Positions 12,643 through 28,463 of a stretch of 64,000 nucleotides of DNA are shown piece after piece (the first letter of the stretch is position 1; each line of letters starts with the position of its first letter). The notes under the pieces were generated by a model. That model searched no databases. It saw only the letters and a program-made list of their open reading frames with translations, and had not been told where the DNA came from. The stretch is from Octopus sinensis (lineage: Eukaryota): assembly GCF_006345805.1 (NCBI RefSeq), contig NC_042999.1:66340001-66404000 (forward strand). Direction: 5' to 3'. The position numbers were made by a program, and so were the translations under genes.

Positions 12643-13619
12643 TATATATGTATGTATGTATGTTAATACTAGTTTTGTACAAACGCAAATAATTTCATTT
12701 CTGAATATCGAATGTAAACACATGCTAAAGAAATGTTGAGATATGAGACGTTAAAACTAAAATAAACACGGTTGCGTCACGCTAAGTCAACACTTATTTT
12801 AAATTTACAGAAATGTATTCTGTGAAGATAAATTGCAATGTAGATGCAAAGTCAATAACTGCGTGCTAATGACGTGGGATTGAAGAAAGACAGGATGGTG
12901 AATAATAACAGAAAAAATAAAATGAAATATTAGTTGCAGGCACGAGGGAGAAAGTGACGAGAAAGGGAATGGCAAAAAGTTGCGACAGCATGATTGGCAA
13001 CAGCACCAACAACAATAACAATTGCACTAACATGAATTGAAACATATGGTTGATGGATATGCTCGAAATAGTAGTTCAATCTTGCACAACTTGATATCTT
13101 ACAGTGTTAATGCGGCATTCCTGTAAAATGAAGTATTTTAGCAACTTAGGGAGGCATTGTATTAAATGAGAGCAAGATCACTTACTGCTTGAATACTTTA
13201 ATAAAACATTAGCTTTTTCCTCATAAGCACCTCTTTTACGTTTGGAAAATCACTAATGGGTTTGAACCAAAAATTTATGTAAGCGATCTCTCTATTCGCC
13301 AGATAGGATATAAAAGCCCATCAATAACATAACCTCTTTGATTAAAATGTACACGCTGGGTTTGCAAAAAATAACCTACTATCTGAAAATGAGATGATCT
13401 CAGGTTGAACATCTTAGACAGTGGAAAAGGCATGTGCATAAACATACACACACACACACACACACACACAGATACATATAAACGCATATACACAAATATA
13501 CATACAGACATATACACACTTATACGTATGATGAAGTCTTTTACCCTTTCGTTTAGGAGGTTGGTCTTCATGATCATAAAGTTTTAGATTTGATTGCAAG
13601 ACGAGTTGGTCTATGTAGC

Positions 13620-13870
13620 TCTTCGTTTCTCACTGAACCCCGTTTCTTTGTGTCTACTAAGGTCTAATGAGTACTATTTATCTTCTAGTACAACTCACAC
13701 TCCCTTCAAATGCGCTATTATGGATTTTCTGCTTGGTAAGAGGCCGGACTGCCGTGAGTGAATCTATGTTAGCACTCGACTTACAAAGACACCAAATTGA
13801 TTTAGAAAATGCCTGAGGCATTCTACACTGTCGTATACGGAACCGCATCACAGTTTTTGATAGCAATTTA
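13620..13870 (-). mobile_element. Decayed RTE-like reverse transcriptase fragment
   Basis: ORF 13678-13866 loosely resembles the KAFDRVPR..IWW..RK...WLV.AV region of RTE RTs. Confidence 0.4.
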
Positions 13871-14690
13871 TCATATCAGTCCGTCTTCATACGAAATGCT
13901 CACGGAATAAAATTTTAAATTCAAAGCAAAAGATAATAGAACTTGTCCGTTCTCATTTAAAAAATTCATGAATTCAGTCATTAGTTTTTATTCGATCTAA
14001 TATCACTTGTTCGTTTATTTGCCATCGAAATGATATTACTGCTTTCACAACTCTAGTGTTCGCCAACTACACTATAAAAGTGAAATTCGGTAGGTGGCGA
14101 CAATGGAATTACCAGTATCATAACCGTGTCAATTTTACCTCATTTATAATTGCCTTACACAATTAAATATTATCTATGATCAAAAGAATTCAATGCAATT
14201 TTGTTCTTCATTTTTATCATTAGAAATTTAACTTTTCGCTGAACAATCATTTATAGTTCGTGAGTCGAAATAAAATAAGTCTCACTGACTTAATATATAT
14301 TTTTTACAGAGAGAAATATTGATTTTCCTTTTGCCTTCCGAGACTAAACACATCAGATGAAAGGTCTGTATTCATAAATGATAGACAATTTTTCTTGCAA
14401 TTTTTATCATCCTGTCGCCAAAGCTCTGACTATAATAGCACATTTGCTTAGTCATGGTATTTATGATATACAGATTTATTCTCTCTCTGAGAAGAATGAA
14501 TGTATTCGCTTGAATAAAAAAAATAATCAAAATTTAGAAAGAATTCAAACACAATTCGTTTTTTATCAATCGAATGTATTTCGTTATCAAAAAAGGTCTT
14601 CAGTACATAATATCTAACATTCAGTATTTTAATATTCGTTTAATCTAAATAGCACCGCACAAAACGTTAAATATATATATTGTATATATA

Positions 14691-14760
<70 letters not shown>

Positions 14761-14913
14761 CTAGTTTATATAGCATGTTTATATATTGGGTGTGTGTTGT
14801 ATAGAGAGATAGATACATACAACAGCATATATACACACATATATACATTCATATATATATATATATATACACATATATATATACACACATATATATATAC
14901 ATATATATATGTA

Positions 14914-14962
<49 letters not shown>

Positions 14963-15319
14963 ATATAATATATATATATTATATGAGTATATACACACAC
15001 ATACACAGACACTCACATTTGATGTCTTAATATCTCGATGATCAGATACTGAATGTGTATATTGCCAGTAATAGTAGATGTGTGGGTAGAATTCTTTCAA
15101 AATGATGTATAAATACATAAATCGATGCTAAAAACGATACTAGAAATGTTCATATCTATCACTTTCTTCTCTATACCATTTCCCCCTCTTTTCTCTATCC
15201 CCTTCTCTCTCTCTCTCTCTTTCTCTCTTTAATATATAGTGTGATGTGTGTGTTTTTGCATACATACATACATACATACATACATACATTTATATATATG
15301 TATGTATGTATATGTATAT

Positions 15320-15350
<31 letters not shown>

Positions 15351-15429
15351 ACATATATGTATATATATGTGCGTGTGTCTATATGTACATATATAGATAG
15401 ATACACATATATATGTGTAAACATATGTG

Positions 15430-15495
<66 letters not shown>

Positions 15496-17344
15496 CTGTG
15501 AGTAAGTGTATGTATGTGTACCTATTTATAAGTATGTATATACATATATATATATAGGAACATACGCATACACTCACACACAGATATATAAGCATATACA
15601 TGCATTCATATGAATTTCATACTCTCATCGAGTCTCACTTTGTGCTTGTGTATGTATGTATGGATAGATGGAGTGATGGATGCATGTATGTGTATATGTA
15701 TACATGTATGCATGAATGTATATGCAAATGGGCGCGCATGCATATGTAACGGTGAATCTCAAAAGAGACTGTCAAATTTAATACAATAAAAATACATCTA
15801 CATGTATCCTGCCCAGAGCATTGAGTTCTGTTACTGATAATAATTGAAATATATATATTTGATGTAGTTGTTACTCATGTTATATTATCATTCACACATA
15901 CACACACACATATAGTAAGAATTTTCAAAAAATCAAAAGACGGAGACGGTTGTGTAAACAACAAACACATGTATTAGTTTAACGCTGGGGATATGCCATT
16001 CAACTACGGTATTAGTTGAATAATATTCTTAAGTCAGCAATTTACTCACACGCAGCATCATTTCACCAGTTAGTGCTTTAGTCTCTAATTCAGATCCCCA
16101 CCAAATTGAGATCTGTTAACATTTTTGAGGAGGACTGGTCTCTAGCTACATTTTGGCATAAAAAGATTAAGATCTGGTCCGGTTGAAAAAAGTTTACATA
16201 AAAATTAGTAGAAACGTTATAGATGAGTAAGTAACACCTCCAATCAAATTTAGATCTAAATAACTTTTTATTTTAAAAGCAAAATATATTTATCTTCCCT
16301 TCAGTGATAGACGAAAGTATGGGGAATTATATAGTTTAGATCTCCTGCAACAAAAATGTCTATCAAAAAATTGTGAGGTAAATAATAGAAAAATAATAGA
16401 AATATATTATGAAAAATAATAGAAATAATAGAAATAAGGTAAACAATTGGATTTAAGTTTAATTAGCGCTTTTATTTTAAAAACAAACTATATTTTAATT
16501 AAGCTTAAATGATAGAGCTTAATTCGAGGAATTTCATGGTATCAATCTCATGCAATGAAGTTTTAAAAGAAAAGGTTATGAATGTTTGTTTCTCAAATTT
16601 GAGGGTGATAATATAGCTCTATACTTCATTTACGAAATTAGTTCTATACGGGAACTTTTAATATATGCCACGGGCATCATTGAAATAGGGAAAAATTACC
16701 AGCAGTACCGCTAATTTGCAATTAGGTTAATTACGTCGACTGTATTAATTAATGCAATTTTATCATGTTAACACAGTCCTGTAATATCTGATAGCAAACT
16801 GCAGTTTTTTTTTTCTGCGGTACTATCTTGTGATGCTCACAGTGATCTGGAGATAGGTTTACGGAATTACTAGTCTATATAAATTCGGAAGTGCTGTTCA
16901 TCTTATGTTATGTTTCGATGTCGCTTGATCGAACGTGCAAAGGTTAGGTTTAGCATTTTCAAATTTATAATCTTGAAATATCTTGCTGAAGAAGGAAATG
17001 AATTTTACAATCCCGAAACGCGTACATGATTAATCGAAGACTTGTTAGTTTCGTTATTTTTTCTTCTTTTTGCCTCTCTGAGTTACGAGTATTGCTGTCT
17101 GTGGAGATATATTGTTGTAGAAGTATTAGCAATTTTGACTGCTATTTCTAAAAGGTTTCTTCGCTGAAGCAACCTTTTGCTAATCCCTTAATTATGTTTA
17201 TAAAATTATAAAAAAATTTGTATAAGTTTTTACTGTTGATGGTTTTTTTCCCATAACGAAGCTACTTGGTAAAATTTATTAATTATTAAATTAATAATCC
17301 TTTACCATATATCTATAATATAGATAGAAAGATAACAATAGTGC

Positions 17345-17969
17345 GTATAATTTTTGACTCGCCCTCGTACAAGGATTTAGTGGAGGCATTACTTGATAGC
17401 TTCATCTTTTAGACTGCAATATGAGCACAAAGGTTCATTTCCTCAATAGCTATTTCGATCAATTTCCTGATAGTTTCGGAGACGTGAGCGATGAGCACGG
17501 TGAGCGGTTTCATCGAGCAATCAAGATTATGAAGGAGAGATATCGTGGCCGATTGTAGACACACATGACGGCATACTTCTGTTGGAGTATTCAAGAGGAT
17601 TATGGAGCTATGAAACACTCCATATGCTCTCGCAAGCGGAAATTTGTTCCAGGAATATGAAGGTATATGTATGATGGTTTGTGTTTTCTCCGTCAAGTTA
17701 GAGAATTAACAGTACGCATTTCGTAAAATGTGATGCTATCTTAAATTTCATATTCTATTGCCGTTATAACTTATGGCTTGAAGCTATAAGACCCAGTAAA
17801 ATATCTTGACCGAGTAAAATATTTATACGGTACACCATAAAATGGGGATATATATAGATACAAAACTAGATTTTATAGAAAGTAATGAATGACATATTGA
17901 AATCAGCATCTCAAAATTACCGACAGACAACCACAAAACTGAAATCTGCAAAATTTCTGTTGACCAGTG
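17345..17969 (+). mobile_element. CMC/Chapaev3-like DNA transposon 3' fragment
   Basis: Plus strand reads CNMSTKVHFLNSYFDQFPDSFGDVSDEHGERFHRAIKIMKERYRG...AYFCWSI. The fragment ends in ...gttgaccagtg (reverse complement CACTGG-type terminus). Confidence 0.7.
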
Positions 17970-18023
17970 TTATTGATATTATTATACGTATGTATATATA
18001 TGTATGTATGTATAACTACATAC

Positions 18024-18061
<38 letters not shown>

Positions 18062-18089
18062 TATAATCGGAATTTACAAAAAAATAAAT

Positions 18090-18262
18090 TAAAAACAAAG
18101 ACAGGTGTGTAAACAACAAACGGGTGTATTAGTCTAACGCTCGAGTAAATGGGAAAGTATTTCACGTTTCGAGCCTACGCAGCTCAACAGAAAGGAACAC
18201 GGGAAAATAAACAGAGAGAGAGAGAATAAATAAAAGCTTAGTGGCTAACGGTCGATCATGGT
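18090..18262 (-). repeat. Second copy of the 9485-9665 repeat family
   Basis: cacgtttcgagcctacgcagctcaacagaaaggaacac is the reverse complement of the gtgttcctttctg..gcgtaggctcgaaacgt motif. Confidence 0.6.
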
Positions 18263-18263
18263 A

Positions 18264-18361
<98 letters not shown>

Positions 18362-18979
18362 GTTACGTAAGCCTATGCGAGATATTTATATCAAATCCAT
18401 ACCAACGTAAAAAACATTGAGTATCTATATATATGCATACATGCACATATATAAGTGTGTATCTATCTGTATGCATCTTTACATTTTTTCTGATTCGTGA
18501 CTTAAAATTAATAGATAGCACGGGTGGCTATGTGTCAGAGAAAGCATTACGTTGTCTGTGCGTGTATGTGTGTATGCGGGTGCATGTGTGTGGTTTGTGT
18601 TTTTGTGTGCGTGTTGTATGTGTGTGTGTGTGTGTTTGTGTGTGTTTGTGTGTTTGCAATGATTAATTTTCGCTTGAGTCATCATTAATTTATCGCAAGT
18701 TGTTACAACTGAGGAAGTTGATGAAAAACCAAAATGCGTAGATCATTTTTTTTTTCAATTATATTTTCTATTATTTTAATTAATTTTTCTAACATTAACG
18801 AGAATGAGTTAACTATTTCTTCTGGTTACTTAACTCATGTAATTTCTGAACAAGTAATTCGATATTAGTAAAATTGTTTATTCTCTCCATCAAACGCTGA
18901 CTGAATATGTATTTAACAAAAATTTTAATCAATACAGATAAAAGATAACATGAAATCTGGTTTCTTCAATTAAAAGATA

Positions 18980-19262
<283 letters not shown>

Positions 19263-19376
19263 TCTTTAATTCAGCGATCATGTGTCTAATAGAAGAATGT
19301 GTGAACAGTCTTTGATATATTATTTTCATTCTGTCTAACACTTCTGAGAACGATGTTGGCCTACCTGAAACCCACG

Positions 19377-19456
<80 letters not shown>

Positions 19457-19873
19457 TACATATATATATGTGTGTGTGTGTGTGTATATGTATGTATATA
19501 CCTACACATATACATATGTATATATAGATATTTACGTATATATATATATATATATACCTATATGTATGCATGTGTGTTTTGGAGTGTGCATACACACCTT
19601 TTCCAGCATCACCTTGGTGTTTGTACATCTCTCATGAGATACCGTTGTTGCCTGAACCTCTTTTTAATCTCCCCATCTGTACAAGAATCACGACTAATTT
19701 GATAGGGAAATGCAGTAGTTCGAATTCGGTTTCAGGTGCAGGTGAAGACAAATTTTGAATGATTGGATGGTGGTTTACACTTAAAATTATAACAGATTAG
19801 ACATGTGCTCCATGGAATACCATCATTAATGCATCCTACAAACCAGTAAGTAGGCATGGTGCGGTGAAATTGG

Positions 19874-19981
<108 letters not shown>

Positions 19982-19990
19982 ATGTGTTGG

Positions 19991-20316
19991 TGTGAAGGCA
20001 CATGGTTAAAGCGTCGAGCTTGCGATTGTGAGGTTTTGATTTCGATTCCCGACGGGCTGCATGTTGTGTTTTTGAGCGAGACACTTTATTTCACGTTGCT
20101 CCAGTTCACTCAGCTGTAGAAATGAGTTACGACAGCACTGGTGCAAAGCTATATCGGCCTATTTACCTGTCCCTTTGGATAACATCAGTGGCGTAGAGAG
20201 GGGCGGCTGGTATGCATGCGCAACTACTGACCTTCCATAAACAACCTTGCCCGGACTTGTGCCTGGGAGGGTAACTTTCTGGGTGCAATCCCATGGTCAT
20301 TCACGACCGAAGGGGA
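19991..20316 (+). mobile_element. tRNA-derived SINE (third family)
   Basis: Head resembles tRNA A/B boxes (ggcacatggttaaagcg...tttcgattccc), followed by a body with cagttcactcagctgtagaaatgag. Flanked by (TA)n. Confidence 0.65.
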
Positions 20317-20754
20317 TCTCCCATATATATATATATATATACAGCTCTTCCTGGAATCAAAGCGAGAAGATTATCGTCCGTTCCAGTAGCTCACGTTAGC
20401 GACAGAAGTGTTTCGTCTTTGTTTAGGCTATTAAACACTCGATGATCACCTGCTCAATGGAAAGCCATGCTTCAATATATAGAAAACAGTGACTAAAGCA
20501 ATTACTGGTATTGCGGCGACGATTTTAGTCTCGCTTTGATATATGCTGTGTTTTCAATACAGTTCTATAAAGTGAGTTTAGCGCAGACAATTTTAGAGCC
20601 TCACGCTTTCAGAATGAGTGCATATATTTAGTATGGTACTGAGATGGCGATTTAAATTTAATCTTGTTTCATTTGCATATATCATGTCTTCCTTAAACAC
20701 ATTTAAACTTTATCAATGGCGTTTTGTTGAAGCATCTGAGACTAAAATTATTGG

Positions 20755-21138
20755 GCACATGAGTGGCTGTGTGGTAAGTAGCTTGCTTACCAAACACATG
20801 GTTCTGGGTTCAGTCCAACTGCGTTGCACCTTGGACAAGTTTCTTCTATTATAGCCTCGGGCCGACCAAAGCCTTGTGAGTGGATTTGGTAGACGGAAAC
20901 TGAAAGAAGCCTGTCGTATATATGTATATGTATATGTGTGTGGGTTTGCGTGTCGGTGTTTGTCCCCCAACATCGCTTGACAACAGATGCTGGTGTGTTT
21001 GCGTCCCCGTAACTTAGCGGTTCGGCAAAAGAGACCGATAGAATAAGTACTAGGCTTACAAAGAATGAGTCCTGGGGTCGATTTGCTCCAGCATGGCTTC
21101 AGTCAAATGACTGAAACAAGTAAATGAGTAAAAGAGTA
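20755..21138 (+). mobile_element. tRNA-derived CORE-like SINE
   Basis: Same head, core and tail as 11595-12165. Confidence 0.85.
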
Positions 21139-22715
21139 ATTATCTTGATGTGAATTGCAGCGTACTGGATCGAACCCGAAATGATATAGTTTCAGAGAGT
21201 ATTTCTTAACGGCACAAACATTATTGTTATATATTTGCATTTCATTAATTGGTTTTAATTCTTACAAGTGTGGTCATGATTAAGTTTAAACGATTATTTG
21301 ATATTCGTCACTGATCTTAAATATTAATATTTTATATATGAAATTGAGAGAACTTTAATATATCATGATAAAGCTCCACATTTATTGAATATTAAACATA
21401 TATATGAGTGCGTGGAGGAGCACAGGTGGGAAACGCATTTATTAAATCTGTATGTATGTGGTCTGCGTGTGCCTGTGTGTATGTATATATGTATGTTTAC
21501 GTGTACATATATGTATGTATATATATACACATATATATATATAGGTACGTATGTGTGTTTGCGTTATGTATGCATATGTATATATACGATTTCATGTAAG
21601 AAACTAACTCGAAATATTCAATTAGTATATTTCATTGCAATGATATATTATGGATTTATTAATATCCTATATAAATGTTTAATGTTGCAGATGTGTATAT
21701 GGAATATCAAATAATCGTTTAACCTAAATTACGACCCCACTTATAATAATCCAACCAATTTATACTGTTGAGATATACAACCGATACGGTTATACAATTT
21801 AAGAAATTCACTTCACAATCACGCACCAACATCTCTCCATATTCTATCCATGTCATAACACTAATTTCCTATTTTCCACCATAGCCTGGACTCGAATACT
21901 CCCAATACTTAGAACCAGAAAGCATTAATATATATATATATTAATGTATGTATATATATATCACCTTGGCAAGAAAATTGCGACGTAAAATACTGCAGCT
22001 AAGGATAAAACTTGAATACAAAACTATTTTGATTTTAATTTACAAAGTAACATAATAATTAAAAAAGGTACCATAATTTTCTTAAAATATTGACATACTA
22101 GACTACTCTAAAAATGAAAGCCAGAAGGACCAATATAGCTAAAATTTTATGCAAATTATTATAGTATATATAGTAGGCAAATTCATTATGTAAATATTAG
22201 GCTTTGCATCAAGACTAAAAATGTGAAGACTTGGCAATAACTTAGGCAATAACTGAAGCTAATTTGCTTGTGAATTTGTTGTTATAGGTATATTTTATGT
22301 AATACGTAACTACTATTTGTAGTATTATATTTATTGTACTAATTATGTACTACTATTACTTTTTGTAACCTACTTTCAAATTTCTAAATATTAATCTGTC
22401 ACTTTAAGAAATGAATTTTCTTGGAATGCAAAAATATTTTAATTATTTAAAAAATTTTAATAGAAGTAACAAGTAATAACAAATAGAAGTAATAAATTGT
22501 AATATTTTTTTTAGTTTTAATAAATCTAATATTTTCTAAATGTAAATATTTTATTGACATTTTATATTTAGCTACATTTTAAATAAAAGCTTTTTGTTCT
22601 CTACTTCACTAGATATTGTAAGTTGTGAAAAAAATTGTCATGTAATTTTCTATGTTTATAATCTTAAGAATATTATTTCTGTTGCTCGCATTTTTCCATG
22701 TAATATACATATATA

Positions 22716-24073
22716 TTGGGTCATCCCATAAATAATGTGGTTTATTTAATTGCATGAACTAAGAAGGGATGGGATAAACTACCGAGATAGTGAAGATGCC
22801 GACGACCGCTCGGTTCAAAGTCTCTCTTGATCAGAAATAGCCTGAACTCTTTACATGAACACCCTCCTTGTATATAACTCCATGTCCCCCTACATGGCCT
22901 TCCTTTTGCTTTTTGAGCCAAAAAGTTAACTTAACTTAACTTACCTGCACCAAATTGCTATGAAAGCAGGAAGGTGCAGTTCGATTTCAACAATTATTTT
23001 GCAAAGCTATAATGGAAGTAGCAAAGGAGCATTTTTGGCATATTTTGCTTTATGAGTTCAATAAAGGCAACATGGCAACGAAAAGTACGAGGGATATTAA
23101 CTCAGTATATGGGGAGCAACAATAAGACTAAGTTAGTGTCAACCGTAGTTTCAGAATTCCGAGCCGGAAACTAAAGTCAGGAAGATGAGCCTCGGCCACG
23201 AAGATCTGTAGAACTCAACGAGGAAGTCCTGCAAATCCTGGTGGAACAAAATTCCATTGTAAATGTTGAGGAACTAACAGAGAAGCTTGGATTTCGTCAT
23301 TCAAATATTCATCGAAACATGTGTACCATCGAAAAGGTCAGCAAATTGTGTCAATGGGTCTCTCACAAACATTCCGATTTAATCACGCGAAGAGAGTGTG
23401 TGTGTGCTCGTCTTCGATGTCGCGTCTCAAGAATGAACCTCTTTTGAACCGAACAGTGACTGGGAAGGAGAAACGGCTTCTCTAAAAAATATCAAGCGCC
23501 GAACACAGTGAGCAGGAAAAGAAGAGACACCGGCACCCCAGGCTAAAGAAGTTCTTCACCTACGTATGGTGTTGTTATCTGTTTGGTGGGATATTAAATG
23601 TTTAGTATTTTGAACTTTCAGATGAAAGCCAAACCATGACAGAGGAGATCATTACTGCGAGCAGCTTCAGCTGCTAACGTCGGCGCTTGAGGAAAAACGG
23701 CCATCTTTGGTTTTAAGGTGAAAGGTCTTCTTCCATAAGGATAATGCTCAGCCATATACAGCGAGGATGTCATTCGAAGAGCCGGAGCAGGTCCATATTC
23801 GCTGGATATTGCCCTGTCTGATTAACATTTATTCGGCAGACTTCAAAATCATATAGACGAACAAATATGAATTGTGTAGAGGAGATCAAAACAGTACTGG
23901 AGGAGTACTTTTCGCCACGGACAAGTGAATTTTGAAAGAGGCACGTAGATAGATGGAAGAGCATAGTAGAAAATGAAGGAAAGTATATTTAGATTAAGAA
24001 AGAACTTTTTTTTTCTTAATTTTAAGAAATAAAAGAAGTATATGAAAACCGCGTTACTTATGGGATGCCCCAA
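22716..24073 (+). mobile_element. Full-length but decayed mariner (DD34D, Mos1/Hsmar1-like)
   Basis: TIRs ttgggtcatcccataaataatgtggttt / aaaccgcgttacttatgggatgccccaa with TA at 22714-15 and 24074-75. Broken transposase from ATG 23012 (MEVAKEHFWHILLYEFNKG, DNAQPYTAR, PYSLDIALSD). Confidence 0.9.
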
Positions 24074-24553
24074 TATATATGCGTGTGTGTATGCATGTAT
24101 ACTAATTTGATCAATAAGTAACGGGACTATGGCTTTAGTGACGAAGCTAAAACAGGCAGAGTAAAGCCGCTTGGTACAAATTGACCTTGAACTCTGTTGT
24201 GCAAGCATACTAAGTGATAACGCAGTAGCTCAATTCTACTCTTTAGAGCAGTGCTTGGAAGGAAGGTGTGTAGCGCGTGAACGTCACATTCACCATGACA
24301 GAGAAAGTTGAGCAGACAGTCTTCTCTCATATTATACAAAAAGCTTGGATATATCTGCTCAGAGGCCTAAGTAAAGTCTTCAAAAAGTGTTCATCGTTCT
24401 CGACAGAAAGAAGATCTTGTGCGACTGAAACCGGTTGTGTTTATTTGGTCACCTAAAAGCAGTTTTGGTACAGACATGGCATAAAAGTGTCTCATACCCA
24501 AATCTTCACTGATAATGGACTGAACATCACCGTAACTAATCTGCACATCTTCT

Positions 24554-24763
24554 GGCGGGCTGTTAGAAACGTTAGCACTCCGGGCGAAATGCTTAGGTAT
24601 TTCGTCTGTCGTTACCTTCTGAGTTCAAATTCCGCCGAGGTCGACTTTGCCTTTCGTCCTTTCAGGGTCGATAAATTAAGTACCAGTTGTGTACTGGGGT
24701 CGAACTAATCGACTCGCCCTCCTTCCCTAAAAATTTCAGGTCGTGTGCCTAGAGTACAAAAGA
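24554..24763 (+). mobile_element. tRNA-derived SINE
   Basis: Head with B-box gagttcaaattcc, core gaggtcgactttgcctttc...gtcgataaattaagtaccag, tail ttcaggtcgtgtgcctagagtacaaaaga. Confidence 0.85.
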
Positions 24764-25246
24764 AGCTGCACATCCTCAGATAACTTACAGATGGTGATTT
24801 GACGATTTCCCCTTAGCTGCAAGCACATCTGCAATTTTTTGCTGTCCTACTGGTTTGTGTCTCACAGAACGTCCGTCAATATCGACATTTTTTCGACCAT
24901 CTTAGAGACGTCTGAGTCACTTGTGCACTTGTGAATGGCTCATACACGCCTCTCCATACACTTTCTACGAATTCGCGTAGGCTTCTTAAGCAAGAGTCGC
25001 AATGGAAACTTTCTGTCATTGTCAAAGCGATGATCACATGCTACACACATTCCTTCGAGGCAGTGCTGTAAACAGTGGAAATGAGCTGGAACGCTGAAAC
25101 TTATTGCGCATGTACAGCAGAGTTCAAGATCAATCTATGCCCAGCAGCTTCCTCGTGCTTTAACATGGTAACTGTGGCAACAGTCCGGATACTTATTGAT
25201 CAAACCTCGTATATATATATATGTATAGATGTGTGTGTGCGTGTTC

Positions 25247-25883
25247 AAGAAATTTCTTTAGCTGCTATTTCTAATGAGTTCAGTATGTGGCAAAGTAATT
25301 TATTTTACTAAGCCCTTATATATAATGTAATATTTTGAATTCGCCTATAATGGTCCCTTTACATACTGAACACTTGGTGAAACTGATTAATAATTAATTA
25401 ATTTTACCCTCAATTGTTGAAATTATAATTCATCTCTCTTAGCTAAATTCTGCGGTCTTCACTGTTAATACTTGGTGTTTGTCAATTTTAACCCACGCTG
25501 GTGGAAAGGGGAGAGCAGAAATTCTTCGCTTGCATATTCGAATTTGATAGCACTTTTAGTTCGAGCAGAATTCTATAGGTGATTAGAAGCCGAAAGGGTG
25601 TGCTCCCGACTTTAAGTGTTCCCAAATCCGATTCAAGGAATTCTGAGCTGAAGAAAGAAATGTCGAATTGACTAATCTAGAAACGTACGTTCTCAAATAA
25701 CCTTTGCACTTGATTTTTTAATGTTTTTTCCCCCATACTTTTGTGAGTTAGTTTAGGCAAACACTATCTGAGAGAGATCTTCTTTAAGTATTAGAAATAG
25801 CTGAAGAAATTTCTTTAGCTGCTATTTCTAATGAGTTCAGTATGTGGCAAAGTAATTTATTTTACTAAGCCCTTATATATAAT
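25247..25883 (+). repeat. Identical 80-bp direct repeat (25247-25326 and 25804-25883)
   Basis: aagaaatttctttagctgctatttctaatgagttcagtatgtggcaaagtaatttattttactaagcccttatatataat occurs twice, 557 bp apart. Confidence 0.9.
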
Positions 25884-25920
25884 ATATACATATATATATA
25901 ATATATATATATTATATATA

Positions 25921-25993
<73 letters not shown>

Positions 25994-28269
25994 AGAAATG
26001 GAAACATTCGATGAAAATACGACTTATATTCGACTTGCAAACCGAAGACAATATTATTTTACTAGCTCGGCTGGGATCAACACAATTTACTAAGAATAAC
26101 ACATTAATGTCTCGTCTCTTTTAAATGCTACCGAGATCCATGCCGTGTAAGCCTGCATACGCTTATCTTACTTTTCAGACCAACAATAGAAAGTCGACAT
26201 TTATTACAAGATTGATGACATATATTCTTTCGCGTGGGGAAATTATATGATTATCGTTATTTTGTTGACATATATGCTTAACTGACTAAGTCAGAAAAGT
26301 TTCGAAAGACTGAGAAAAAATATACTTTAGGCCTAGATAAATGCGTGTGGTTAAAACATATCTTAGCAGCCACGTGAGTTCGGGCTCAGACCCACTGAAT
26401 AAGAATTATGGTGTCCTCTACTATAACTTCGGAAGGATTTATACTTTGTGAGTGAATTAGCTTGATGGAAACTTTGTGGAAACCTGTCGTGTGTGTGTGT
26501 GTGTGTGTTTGTGTGTGTATGTGCGTGTGAGTGCGTTTGTCTTTGTATTTGACTTTGCTTACGGCACCGTCGCTTGACAATTGGTGCATTTCTACAGAAC
26601 AAATACAAAAATTTAGTAAAATAATTACTGTGATTGAATTTTTCGACTACACAAAGCATGGTCGCAGTCTAATGATTCAAACAGAGAAGAGGAAAAATAA
26701 AAGATGGAGGAAACCTTAAGAAGAAAAAGTTCTCAGCTTACAAAATGTCTATTAAAATATGAATATTCGAAGGAAATATTGATATTTCACGGGTTACTTC
26801 AAGTTGCATCTCGTCTTAATTTTGCGTATTTAAATACGAGGTCTTCAATTTCCATGGAAGTGTTCTGTATATTTTTCTCCAAGATTCATTTCCTATTTCC
26901 CCATGTTTACTGTTTTTATTTACGTTGTGATCTGAAACAAACATTGTATCTTAAATGTAGGGGTTTCTATTATTCAGAATATAGTAACTCTTCTATGTAT
27001 CATACAAGCTACATAGCCCACAAGAGAGCGTCTATGCACATAACATTTGAATTCTCTAAGAATAGCTGAATTCAAATAATTCAGGTTGTACGTCCTCGAT
27101 ATATCTAAATTTGTGGAAGGAAACTTTAAAGAAAATTCCTGAAAATGCTATAATATAGGTTTGTATAGATTTCGTGTTTATTTACATTTACAAGAGTGAG
27201 ATGAATTATATTACTAAAATTCATTTTATGTATTTCTATAAAGTATTTGCATGGCGTCATCCAAATAGTTATATGTACTAACAGATAAGCCCGGTTTCAC
27301 CCAGTTTGTTTAGACGATGTGGGTGTAAAACCTCCTCTGTGTAAGCATTTGACTTGTTTGGGCACGTTTACATTAAAAAACAATTTTAGAATGAATTTTT
27401 TCAGTCAAAACGCTAAAAATAATTGACCAAGAAAAAAACAACAAAGATTCAACCACATCAAAAAATAAACCCAAATATTAAGCGAACAAAGATGAACCAT
27501 CCCACTTACAATGCGCACACACATGTACACACGCACCCATTCACATACACCCTCTTTACATACACATACACATATATTCACACAGAGTTGAAACGCTGTT
27601 TGATTTATTTTATCAGTGTACAATTTTCATCATCCTACAACCAAGTATGACATCATCCCTTCCTTCCTTATTCATCTAGCCCCCCTTCCTTTCTCATTTA
27701 TAAACACGATAGTATTATTATAGTAGATTATCTCGGTAACCATGGAAGCTATCGAAAAAATACAAAGCCCAGCATCACCATCGGATCATTCTACACATCT
27801 GTGTAATTTTTCACGTAATTCCACCCAGCCATTTGACTATGAATCCGAAGACAAGAAAGAATAGACCATGTCAAATTTATATGTGTAGATTTATATAACA
27901 CTTACTACACTGTCTAAACATTATTATTAACAAACGAAACAAAAGCATTGCTTACTCGCTGTAGGAATGACCTTCAACTTAATAACTAAGTATCATCAAC
28001 TTTTACTTAGTACATACCAGTTTTCCCCCACAACCTTTCCCCTTCGCTTTTGTGTATTCTAAATGATATTAAAACTTTCTTTCACTTCTCCGAATTAGAA
28101 TAATTATATATGTCGTACTACAAACTACCATATCTAAACATTTCTCTGTGTTGTGTGCTAAGGAGTAAAAATACAAACATATATAGACACGTACACAGAC
28201 ATATATATATATATAAGTATGTATGTACGTCTATATGTATAGATAGATCTTTCTGTCTGCCTGTATATA

Positions 28270-28345
<76 letters not shown>

Positions 28346-28374
28346 ATGTATATGCATCTAGACATATGTATGTA

Positions 28375-28463
<89 letters not shown>

